Source of the DNA: Pseudomonadota bacterium
GTDB taxonomy: Bacteria > Desulfobacterota > Binatia > UBA9968
NCBI GenBank assembly: GCA_021324155.1
Contig: JAJPJQ010000051.1
Span: forward strand, 199,293-263,292
DNA: 64,000 nucleotides
Reading direction: 5' to 3'
Made by a program: the position numbers and the translations under genes. The notes beneath the pieces were generated by a model that was given only the letters and a program-made list of their open reading frames with translations, made no database searches and had not been told where the DNA came from. Positions 34,517-42,577 of the stretch are shown in pieces. Each line of letters starts with the position of its first letter. The first letter of the stretch is position 1.

Positions 34517-34744
34517 CGTCAACCTCCTTGAGGCGTCTTTATACGACTAATTATGCATATTTGCAAGTTAAATTGAGCTAATTTCTGCAAATATGATTCT
34601 TAAGTCGTATTTCAGCGGGAAAAGTCCAGAGTCGCATGGTTTTCTCCGATGCCCCGAATACAGGAAAATAGCTGCTATAAATCTGAAGCCCGCAGAGTAT
34701 GCGGCTGGGAGACCGAGGGGGCGGCGAGGGCGTAAAAAGGAAAA

Positions 34745-34821
34745 TGGTGGTCGCAGTAGGAGTTGAACCTACGACCTCGCGCATGTGAGGCGCGCGCTCT
34801 AACCAACTGAGCTATGCGACC
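34745..34821 (-). tRNA. tRNA-Val (anticodon CAC)
   Basis: Reverse complement GGTCGCATAGCTCAGTTGGTTAGAGCGCGCGCCTCACATGCGCGAGGTCGTAGGTTCAACTCCTACTGCGACCACCA folds as a cloverleaf. 7-bp acceptor stem, anticodon loop CTCACAT (U33, CAC, A37), T-loop TTCAACT, encoded CCA. Confidence 0.85.
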
Positions 34822-34870
34822 ACGAGAGAGAAACTTCTAACATCTTCACCGGGGCCGTTCAAGGAAACGG

Positions 34871-35164
34871 TCACTTGCCGGGCGGGAAGCTCGCGCTCAG
34901 GTATTTCGTAATCTTCTCCGCCTCGTCGGGGAAGATCTGCGCGCCGCGCGCGAGCATGTCGTTGACGCTGCGCTCCCATTCCTGCGGCGTCTTGCGCGAC
35001 TGCACGACCTTCTGGAGGTTGTGGCAGCCGGTGCAAAGCTCTTTGGTCTCCTGCTGTCCGTCGCCGGCCGGCAGCATCGCCACCCATGCGTCGGCGGACC
35101 AGAGGAGCGCGATCGGGGTGAACAGTCCGGTGACAAAAATCAAAGCTGCGAAAATTCCGCGCAT
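34871..35164 (-). CDS. small periplasmic c-type cytochrome (class I)
   Basis: ~97 aa. N-terminal hydrophobic signal/anchor, single CTGCH heme-binding motif, and a distal Met-containing region. Confidence 0.6.
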   Translation of the reverse strand: MRGIFAALIFVTGLFTPIALLWSADAWVAMLPAGDGQQETKELCTGCHNLQKVVQSRKTPQEWERSVNDMLARGAQIFPDEAEKITKYLSASFPPGK

Positions 35165-35170
35165 CAAACC

Positions 35171-35258
35171 TCCGAATAGCTTTCAGCAATCAGCTATCAG
35201 CAGTCAGCTAGAAAAATCCGTCCCGGATTTCCCGAGCTGAAAGCTGATCGCTGATTGC
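35171..35258. repeat. 27-bp imperfect inverted repeat built from TCAGCNN heptads, 31-nt spacer
   Basis: Plus-strand arm TCAGCAATCAGCTATCAGCAGTCAGCT (35177-35203). Its reverse-complement partner (AGCTGAAAGCTGATCGCTGATTGCTGA) lies at 35228-35254 and reads TCAGCAATCAGCGATCAGCTTTCAGCT on the minus (transcribed) strand, with 3 mismatches. Each arm is four tandem TCAGCNN units. It sits between the TPP enzyme stop and the cytochrome c RBS. Confidence 0.6.
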
Positions 35259-35268
35259 TGACGGCTTC

Positions 35269-37167
35269 TTACGCCTTCTTCGACCTCATTTCGGCGATTG
35301 AGACCTTTGGATACCAGTTCATGTTCGCGCCCTGCCCGGCCTGGGCGACCAGCACGTCGAGCAGGTAGGGCTTGCCGTCGCGCGTGGCATTGACGGCGCG
35401 CTGCATCGCGGGCTTCAAGTCTTTCGGGTCGGCGACAACTTCGCCCTTGATGTCGTACGCCTCGGCGATCTTGGCGAAGTTCACGTCCGGGTTGCCGAGG
35501 TGGCTCAGCATGTCGAGCTTCTTCTCGCGCTGGTTCTTGCCGCGCGTCCACATGCGGTTGCGCGTCTCGTTGTAGCTTCGGTTGTTGAAGACGACCGTGA
35601 TGATCGGCGCCTCGTGGCGGCGCATCGGCCAGAGCGCCTCCGTTTGGTTGAAGAGCATGCCGCCGTCGCCCTGGAGCGCCCAGACCTGTTGATTGGGCTT
35701 CGCGAGCTTGACGCCGATCGCCGCGGGCAAGCCCCAGCCGAGGCATTCGCCGGTGGTGCGGCCGAGCTGGGTTTTGGCGCCGTAGCCGATATTGATGTGG
35801 TCCATGCACTTGTTGCGCTGTGAGCCGAACTCCTCGACGATGATGGCGTCCTTGTCGGCGATCGCCTCGATCTCCTTGCCGACGCGGTCCCACTCGATCG
35901 GCTTGTTGTCCCAGATTTTCTTCGCGTTCGCCTCGCGCCCGGCGCGGAGCCGTTCGGTGAACTTCTTCGTCTCGTCGAAGCGCGCCTGACGAATTTTTTC
36001 GATGCGGTCCTTCGTCGCGACCGCCTTAACGGCGTCGATCAAGTCGCGCAGCGATTCGCGGACGTTGCCGACCAGCGCGTCCTCGATGGCGATCCCGTCG
36101 CCGAGGTGGCGCACGTCGGTGCCGGCGACGACCGCCGGAACTTTTTTCTCCGCCACGAAGCTTTCGTTTGCTTCGTCCCACCGCGCCCCGATATTCATAA
36201 AGAAGTCCACGTTCTGCGGATACCGGATCTGACCGCGCATCTGGCCGAGATAAAGCGGGTGCTGGTTCGGGAAAACCTGACAGAGCTGGCCGCGCTCGAA
36301 GATCGGAACGCCGAGCAGCTCGACCAGCTCGACGATCTCTTTCTGCCCGCCGCTCTGATAAACCTCGGGGCCGATGTTGAACAGCGGGCTCTTCGCCTCG
36401 ACCAGCATCTTCGCCGTTTTCTCGACCGTTTTGGCATTGGGCCGCACGTTCATCGGCACGTCGAATGTGCCGGGCATAAAAATTTTCGTTTTGGCCTTCA
36501 TCTCGAACATGACGTCGCGCGGGAACATCATATAGGTCGGACCGGAAGGCAGCGTCGACGCCACCTTGAACGCCTTCGCCGTCCACTCCGGCACGCGCGC
36601 GACCTCTTTCGGAATCCAGCGCCACTTGGTGTACTGCTTCATCGGCTCGAGCATGTCCTCGAGGTCCTCGTGGCCGTCGCGTCCGTCTTCCGTCGTGTCC
36701 GCGCGGTCGACTGCGATGACGAGCGGAATGCGGTCTTTCATCGCGTTGTAGATGTTGCCCGTCGAATGGGCCGCGCCGACGCGGCTGTACATGCAGAACG
36801 CCGTCTTGCCGGTCGCGAGCGCGTAGCCGCTCGCCATCGCCACCACGTGCGCCTCGTGCGTGGCGAGCACAAGTTTGAGCTTGGGCCGGTCGATGACGGC
36901 ATCGCAGAGCGCGCCGAGGCCCGAGCCGTTGCCGACGAAGAGGTATTCGTTGCCGGTCTGGAGCAGCTGCTCGGCGAGCAGCTCGCCGCCGTTGCCTTCG
37001 AATTCTTTCCAGTATTCTTTGCCGGCGGTCTCGGCGTGCGCCACCGGCGCGAGATTTTTGAGAATCGATTCCGCCGCGGTCATCGTGAAGCCGGCCGCGG
37101 CCATCGCCTTCAGGAAACCGCGGCGGGAAAGACCGAGGTCGAGATAATCTTTAACGAGCGCGCGCAT
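35269..37167 (-). CDS. thiamine-diphosphate-dependent enzyme (ALS/PoxB/benzoylformate-decarboxylase-like) with twin-arginine signal
   Basis: 632-aa ORF with the three-domain ThDP-enzyme layout. The ThDP-binding GDG...NN block is GDGGMLFNQTEALWPM..ITVVFNNRSYN. The N-terminus LSRRGFLKAMAAAGFTMTAAES...AHA is a consensus Tat signal (S-R-R-x-F-L-K). Antisense ORF 36106..37200 rejected. Confidence 0.7.
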   Translation of the reverse strand: MRALVKDYLDLGLSRRGFLKAMAAAGFTMTAAESILKNLAPVAHAETAGKEYWKEFEGNGGELLAEQLLQTGNEYLFVGNGSGLGALCDAVIDRPKLKLVLATHEAHVVAMASGYALATGKTAFCMYSRVGAAHSTGNIYNAMKDRIPLVIAVDRADTTEDGRDGHEDLEDMLEPMKQYTKWRWIPKEVARVPEWTAKAFKVASTLPSGPTYMMFPRDVMFEMKAKTKIFMPGTFDVPMNVRPNAKTVEKTAKMLVEAKSPLFNIGPEVYQSGGQKEIVELVELLGVPIFERGQLCQVFPNQHPLYLGQMRGQIRYPQNVDFFMNIGARWDEANESFVAEKKVPAVVAGTDVRHLGDGIAIEDALVGNVRESLRDLIDAVKAVATKDRIEKIRQARFDETKKFTERLRAGREANAKKIWDNKPIEWDRVGKEIEAIADKDAIIVEEFGSQRNKCMDHINIGYGAKTQLGRTTGECLGWGLPAAIGVKLAKPNQQVWALQGDGGMLFNQTEALWPMRRHEAPIITVVFNNRSYNETRNRMWTRGKNQREKKLDMLSHLGNPDVNFAKIAEAYDIKGEVVADPKDLKPAMQRAVNATRDGKPYLLDVLVAQAGQGANMNWYPKVSIAEMRSKKA

Positions 37168-37200
37168 GGGGCACCTCCTGGGAAGATTGAGTTGGTTTAG

Positions 37201-37554
37201 TCAGTTTTTCTTCTTCGGGATCAGCTCGACGATCAATCCATCGGGGTCGCGGAACTTGATGCGCCCCCCGGCGGTCTTTTCTATAACAGGCGCGCCCAGT
37301 TCGGCAAGCAGCGGCACGAACGATTCGACGTCGTCGACCTCCATGCCGATATGATCGAACGGCCCCGGCGGCGCCGCTTCGGGCTTGTCGTACTGCGTGA
37401 ACGTGAGATCGATGGCATCGTCTTTCAAGTGCAGCGCCATATGGTCGCGCACGCGATGCGTGCCCGTATGCTCGAAGCCGAAAAGCCGCTGGTAAAATGC
37501 GCGGCTCTTTTCCAGATCGCCGCTCTTGATCGCCAAGTGCGTCACTTTGCTCAT
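37201..37554 (-). CDS. VOC-family protein (glyoxalase-like)
   Basis: 117-aa ORF. THLAIKSGDLEKSRAFYQRLFGF and HIGMEVDD are typical VOC motifs. Confidence 0.65.
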   Translation of the reverse strand: MSKVTHLAIKSGDLEKSRAFYQRLFGFEHTGTHRVRDHMALHLKDDAIDLTFTQYDKPEAAPPGPFDHIGMEVDDVESFVPLLAELGAPVIEKTAGGRIKFRDPDGLIVELIPKKKN

Positions 37555-37574
37555 GTCATCTCCTCTCGATCCTG

Positions 37575-38537
37575 TTAGTGCGCCGCCTCGAGCTGCTTGA
37601 TAAAACCGCTTTTTTCCAGCTCGGCCAGCGGCTGGAGCGAAAAAATTTCCTCGGCCTTGAGCTTGCCGACCAGCGGATCGCGCGCCGCCATGATGTCGAT
37701 CGTCGCCTTAGCCGCCGTCAAGTCGCCGACCGGTCGCAATCCCATCTGATGCTGCGGGTGCGTCTTGTAAATCACTTCCAGCGCCTCAGCGTCGGTTAGG
37801 CGTAAGAAGTCCTTGAGATAGGCGAGGCTCTTGGCCTTCTCACGGAGAAAGAAGCGCGCGCCTTCGATGTAGGCTCTCAAAAAGCGCTGCACCGTGTCCG
37901 GTTTTTTCGCGACCCACGTCGGCGACGCGACGATGGCGCTGCCGAAGAACGGCAGCGTGGGCATATCGAGCACGCGAAAACCCATGCGCCGTGCGTAATA
38001 CGATTCGCCGGACGACAGCACGGTCGCCTCCAGCGCGCCCTTCTCCAAAGATATGAGCCGCGCCTGGCCGACCTGGATAATCTGAATATCCTTGTCGGGG
38101 TCGAGGCCAAGCCGCTGGAATAGATAGCGCACCATCAGCTCGGAGATGCCGCCGAAACGGATGATGCCGACGCGCTTGCCCTTCAATTGCTTCACGTCCT
38201 TGATCTCCGGGCGCGTCACGACGTCGTAATCGAGCGTGTTCGACTGCGAGACGAGAAACGTGAGCTTGACGCCGTGCGCCATCGCCTGCAGCGCGGCGAC
38301 CGGCGCGCGCAGATCCAGGTCGACGTCGCCGTTGATGAGCGCGCTCACCGCCGCGGGACCGCCGGTGATGAGAATGATCTCGGTATCGAGGTTGTATTTC
38401 TTGAACAGCCCGGCGCGGTCGGTCACGTAAGTGACGATCGCCGTATTGCCACTGACCGAAGCATAAGAGATGCGGAGCTTTTCAGCCCCCGCCGGAGCGG
38501 CTAGGCATAGGATGAAAACGAGGCAGAGCGTGCGCAT
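37575..38537 (-). CDS. ABC-type substrate-binding protein, NMT1/THI5 (SsuA/TauA-like) family
   Basis: 320-aa ORF with a signal peptide. LKGKRVGI family motif. Paralog of the others. Confidence 0.7.
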   Translation of the reverse strand: MRTLCLVFILCLAAPAGAEKLRISYASVSGNTAIVTYVTDRAGLFKKYNLDTEIILITGGPAAVSALINGDVDLDLRAPVAALQAMAHGVKLTFLVSQSNTLDYDVVTRPEIKDVKQLKGKRVGIIRFGGISELMVRYLFQRLGLDPDKDIQIIQVGQARLISLEKGALEATVLSSGESYYARRMGFRVLDMPTLPFFGSAIVASPTWVAKKPDTVQRFLRAYIEGARFFLREKAKSLAYLKDFLRLTDAEALEVIYKTHPQHQMGLRPVGDLTAAKATIDIMAARDPLVGKLKAEEIFSLQPLAELEKSGFIKQLEAAH

Positions 38538-39686
38538 CTATTGCACTACGAACTGGAGCGTCTCGTTCCGTTCCTTCTGTTCTTCGTAGAGCGCGGTGAA
38601 GCGCATGCCGATTTTGAAATGAGACCGGTCGGGGACGCCTTCGATATCGGTCGCATTGGAGATCCTCAGCGCGAGCGGCTTGCCGTCTTCCGTCGAAACC
38701 GTGAGATAGCGCCCTTCTTCTTCGATCTTGTCGATCTTCCCTTTCACCGTTCTCTCGTTGACGGTCGTAATTTCGGGACCTTCGCCGCGGAGCTCGCGAT
38801 AGATCGTCGCAGCGATGACCGGGTAATGCGCCTCGCGGTCCCAGCCCTTGTACTCCTCCATGCGGAAATTTTTCCGGATCGCTTCGAGCGGCATGCCCTT
38901 TTCCATCATTGCGCGGACTTTCTGCCGCGCGATGACAAGGTAGTCGATCATCGCCTGCAGATCGGTCGTGCCCATAAGCGGCCCGTGCGCCGGCACGATG
39001 ACCTTGGGCTTGAGAGCGATCAGCGCTTCGAGCTGCTTCATCATGCCGACGGTCGTGCCGTGGCTATAGTCGGGGCGGATGTCGGGATGGCGCTCTTTGT
39101 AGCCGGCGAAACCGGCATGGAGAACGCCTTCCTCAGGCATCCAGACTGCGATGTCGCCGGGATTGTAAGCGTCGTCGACGTAGATCAGCTCCATCGTTTT
39201 GCCGCCCAGGCGAAGCGTCATGCGGTCCGTAAACGTGAGCGCGGCGTCGAGCGGATGAAAATTTTTCAGCGCCTCGCTTCGCTCGGGAAAGCGCTTGCGC
39301 CAGGTATTCACCTGGTATGGCTTCCAGCCGGCCCACTCCTTCGCGGTGCGCGCGTGCAGCACGACCGTCGCGGGCGGCGAGAAGAGTGGCGTGCCGCCGA
39401 TGTGATCGCCGTGATTCTGCGTGATGACGACGTAGCGCACCGGCTGCTGCGTCACGGCCTGAATGTGCTTCTGGATGTTCCGCGTCTCGGGCTGGTTATT
39501 GCCGGTGTCGATCACCACGACGCCTTGCGAAGTCACGACAATCATCGCGTTGGCGTCGTTGAGCTTGCCGACGTACGCGTAGACACCGTCGGCGAGCTTT
39601 TTGAATTCCGCCTTGTCGGGCGTGATGGCGTGGACGGGCGTCGCAAACGCGGCGAGCATCACCGCGGCGAAAAAAGCTTTTCTCAC
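38538..39686 (-). CDS. secreted MBL-fold metallo-hydrolase (Q-x-H-x-D-H variant) with C-terminal extension
   Basis: 382-aa ORF with a signal peptide. TQNHGDH metal motif (Gln at the first ligand position), then later His and Asp ligands. Carries ~70 extra C-terminal residues compared with the three downstream paralogs. Confidence 0.7.
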   Translation of the reverse strand: MRKAFFAAVMLAAFATPVHAITPDKAEFKKLADGVYAYVGKLNDANAMIVVTSQGVVVIDTGNNQPETRNIQKHIQAVTQQPVRYVVITQNHGDHIGGTPLFSPPATVVLHARTAKEWAGWKPYQVNTWRKRFPERSEALKNFHPLDAALTFTDRMTLRLGGKTMELIYVDDAYNPGDIAVWMPEEGVLHAGFAGYKERHPDIRPDYSHGTTVGMMKQLEALIALKPKVIVPAHGPLMGTTDLQAMIDYLVIARQKVRAMMEKGMPLEAIRKNFRMEEYKGWDREAHYPVIAATIYRELRGEGPEITTVNERTVKGKIDKIEEEGRYLTVSTEDGKPLALRISNATDIEGVPDRSHFKIGMRFTALYEEQKERNETLQFVVQ

Positions 39687-39687
39687 T

Positions 39688-40605
39688 CTAGTTTCCCTTG
39701 ACTGCGCGGTACGCCGCCTCGATGTTATTGGGGAAACGATCTTTGCCCTCCCAGTCTTCGGTCCCGGGAACTTTCAATTCCTTCTTGATCTCGTCGAGCG
39801 ATTTGCCCTGCTTGACCATGGCGGTCACGCCCTTCATCAGCGCATCGTAATAGTTTTCCATGTCGTCGAGGATCTTCGCCGTACCCGGAACGCCGTGGCC
39901 GGGAATCACGACCTCGGGCTTGAGCGCCTGCATCATCCTAATCGCGTCGAGCGTGTCCGGGATGCTGACGAACGGACGGTGATTGCCGAAGCGCTTCACG
40001 CCCACTGACGCCGCCGTGAACAGCACGCGCTCTTTCGGCAGCCAGATCGCCGTGTCCGCCTCGCTGTGGACGTTTTTCAAATAGTAAAGCTCGAATGTGC
40101 GCTCACCCACAGTAAGCGTCATGCGGTTGCGGTACTCGACGTGCGGCGGCACGAGGCGGAAGCCCTTGAATGCATCGCGCATCTCGGGGGATTTTGCCGT
40201 CTCCCGCTCGATGCGCGCCGGACTGAAGGATTCGGACTGTTTCATCGACGCGCTCGCGCCGCTCGCCGCAACCACGACGGCCGGCGGCGAGAACACGAAA
40301 TCGCCCATGACGTGGTCCGGATGTGGCTCGGTATGGATGACGAAGCGCACGGGATCGGAACCGAGCTTTTTGACCGCCGCAGCAACAACATAAGAGTCTT
40401 TCGGGCTCTGGCCGGCGTCGATAAGGACGACGCCGTCGCTCGTGCGTATGATCGTGCTGTTGGCCTCGTTGAGCACTGCCGCGTAGACGTAGATGCCATC
40501 CTTCACCTGCTTGAAGTGAGGCCCGAGATCCTGCGCCGACGCCGGCGCGGCGAGCCAGAGGCCCAGCGCCGCGAGATAAACAGCGAGAGAAAATTTGGTT
40601 TTCAT
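39688..40605 (-). CDS. secreted MBL-fold metallo-hydrolase (E-x-H-x-D-H variant)
   Basis: ORF 39688..40680 trimmed to MKTKFSLAVYLAALGLWLAAPASA. HTEPHPDH motif, then VHSEAD and PGHG downstream ligand blocks. Confidence 0.7.
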   Translation of the reverse strand: MKTKFSLAVYLAALGLWLAAPASAQDLGPHFKQVKDGIYVYAAVLNEANSTIIRTSDGVVLIDAGQSPKDSYVVAAAVKKLGSDPVRFVIHTEPHPDHVMGDFVFSPPAVVVAASGASASMKQSESFSPARIERETAKSPEMRDAFKGFRLVPPHVEYRNRMTLTVGERTFELYYLKNVHSEADTAIWLPKERVLFTAASVGVKRFGNHRPFVSIPDTLDAIRMMQALKPEVVIPGHGVPGTAKILDDMENYYDALMKGVTAMVKQGKSLDEIKKELKVPGTEDWEGKDRFPNNIEAAYRAVKGN

Positions 40606-40613
40606 CGAACGCC

Positions 40614-41528
40614 TCACTTCCCTTGCACCGCGCGGTAAGCCGCTTCGATGTTGCCGGGGTATCGTTCCTTCGTTGCCCACCCGTCGTACTCGGGCATTTT
40701 GACGGTCTTTTGAATTTCGTCGAGGGATTTTCCCTCGCGCGCCAGTTTGCCGACCCGCTCGAGCAGTAGAGCATAGTAGCGCTCGGAATCGTCAAATATC
40801 TTCGTCGTTCCGGGAATGCCGTGTCCGGGAATGACGGATTCCGGATTGAGCGCCTTCATCATTTTCGCCGCTGCGAGAATATCTGGAATGTTGACGTTGG
40901 GCCGGAAGACGTTGAACTGCTCGACCACGACCGCCGAGGCGGAAAAGAGCACGCGCTCCTTCGGCAGCCAGACCGCAGAGTCGGCTTCGCTGTGGACATT
41001 TTTCATGTAGTAAAGCTCAAAAGTCCGCTCGCCCACGTTGAGCGTCATTCTGTCGCGGTATTCCACGTGCGGCAGCACCATGCGATAGCCTTCGAACGCC
41101 GCGCGCATCTCGGGCGACGACTCCGCGAGCTTGCGGTTGCGGTCGGGATCGGCTTTGTCGCGCGCGAGCATCGATTCGCCCGCCCCTTTCGCCGCGATGA
41201 TCGTCGCCGGCGGCGAGAAGACGAAATGGCCCGTCGTGTGGTCGGGATGCGGCTCGGTATCGATGAGGAAGCGAATGGGCAGCGGCGTGATTTTTTTGAC
41301 CGCGTCGGCGATCGCCCTGGAATCCGTCGGATTATGCCCGCTGTCGATCAGCACGACGCCTTCCTGCGTCACGACAATGCCGCAATTGGAGTTGAGGTTT
41401 TTGCCGACATAGACGTAAATGCCGTCCTTGAATTTTTTGATCTGCGGTCCCAGATCCTGGGCCGGCAGCGGCGCGGCGATGAGCCACAAAGCCACGGCGA
41501 AGAGCGCGGAGAAAAATTTGAGCTTCAT
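40614..41528 (-). CDS. secreted MBL-fold metallo-hydrolase (E-x-H-x-D-H variant)
   Basis: Trimmed to MKLKFFSALFAVALWLIAAPLPA. DTEPHPDH, VHSEAD and PGHG blocks. ~60% identical to 39688..40605 by eye. Confidence 0.7.
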   Translation of the reverse strand: MKLKFFSALFAVALWLIAAPLPAQDLGPQIKKFKDGIYVYVGKNLNSNCGIVVTQEGVVLIDSGHNPTDSRAIADAVKKITPLPIRFLIDTEPHPDHTTGHFVFSPPATIIAAKGAGESMLARDKADPDRNRKLAESSPEMRAAFEGYRMVLPHVEYRDRMTLNVGERTFELYYMKNVHSEADSAVWLPKERVLFSASAVVVEQFNVFRPNVNIPDILAAAKMMKALNPESVIPGHGIPGTTKIFDDSERYYALLLERVGKLAREGKSLDEIQKTVKMPEYDGWATKERYPGNIEAAYRAVQGK

Positions 41529-41539
41529 GAGCTCCCCTC

Positions 41540-42481
41540 TCACTTACCCTTAAGTGTGGCGTAGGCGACATCGATGTTGACGCCCAGGCGGTCCTGGCCG
41601 GCCCACTCGGCGTACTCGGGCATTTTGAGCTCTTTTTTGATCTCGTCCAGCGATTTCCCCTTTTTCGACATTTCGTCCACGCGCTTCATGAGCAGCGTGT
41701 AGAAACCTTCGTACTCGTCGAAAATTTTCGCCGTCGTGGGCTGGCCGTGGCCCGGAACGACGACCTCGGGATTGAGCGCGCGCATCACCTTGTAGCCTGC
41801 GAAGACGTCGTTAAAGCGGACATGCGGGCGAAGGTTGATCATCGTCTTGACGTTCGCCGCCGAGCCGGCGAACAGCACGCGCTCCTTCGGCAGCCAGATG
41901 ATCGAATCGGCCTCGCTGTGGACGTTCTTCAGATAGATCACCTCGAAGGTGCGCTCGCCGAGCTGAATGGTCAGCCGATCTTTATATTCGATCTGCGGCG
42001 CGATGAACTTGTAGTTCTTCACGACCTCGGCGACGTCGGGCGACTGCTTCGCAAGCGTCTCGGCCCGTTTGGGATCGAGCCCTTTTTTCATGCCTTCGGC
42101 CGCGCCCTGCGCATTGAACACGACCGCCGGAGGCGAGAACACGAAATGATTCCAGGTGTGGTCGTTGTGCACTTCGGTGTCGACAAGAAAGCGGATCGGC
42201 TTGTCGGTGACTTTTTTTACCGCCGCCAGCATTTTTTTCGAATCCAGCGAGTTGTTGCAGCTGTCGATCATCAACACACCGTCATTGGTGACCACCATGC
42301 TGCAGGTCGTTGTTGTCTGATCGGGAGCGAACGTGTAGATGCCGTCTCTCACCTTGTGAAAGCCGGGGCCGAGGTCCTGAGCGTTAGCGGTACGAGGAGC
42401 CGACGTCGGCGGTCTTTCGGTCGAGCAGCCGACGGCGAATAGAAAGGACGCGGCGCAAGCCGCAAAGAGCTTGACTCTCAT
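41540..42481 (-). CDS. MBL-fold metallo-hydrolase lipoprotein (E-x-H-x-D-H variant)
   Basis: 313-aa ORF. Lipobox AVGC after the signal. DTEVHNDH, VHSEAD and PGHG blocks. Fourth tandem paralog. Confidence 0.7.
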   Translation of the reverse strand: MRVKLFAACAASFLFAVGCSTERPPTSAPRTANAQDLGPGFHKVRDGIYTFAPDQTTTTCSMVVTNDGVLMIDSCNNSLDSKKMLAAVKKVTDKPIRFLVDTEVHNDHTWNHFVFSPPAVVFNAQGAAEGMKKGLDPKRAETLAKQSPDVAEVVKNYKFIAPQIEYKDRLTIQLGERTFEVIYLKNVHSEADSIIWLPKERVLFAGSAANVKTMINLRPHVRFNDVFAGYKVMRALNPEVVVPGHGQPTTAKIFDEYEGFYTLLMKRVDEMSKKGKSLDEIKKELKMPEYAEWAGQDRLGVNIDVAYATLKGK

Positions 42482-42577
42482 AGGCGCCTCCTATAAGCGA
42501 ATGTCCGCGCTGCAAGCTACTAGGAAAGCCGGGGCGGGTCAATGCAGCCCGCGTTCCCTTAAAGGACCCGAAGTTTC

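Noticed and set aside
36106-37200. 364-aa ORF antisense to the ThDP enzyme gene
   Set aside because: The sense frame has the ThDP-binding GDG...NN block and a Tat signal. The antisense frame lacks any motif.
38541-39701. 386-aa plus-strand ORF antisense to the first MBL gene (and similar antisense ORFs over the other MBL paralogs)
   Set aside because: The sense frames carry the xHxDH MBL motif and signal peptides. The antisense frames do not.
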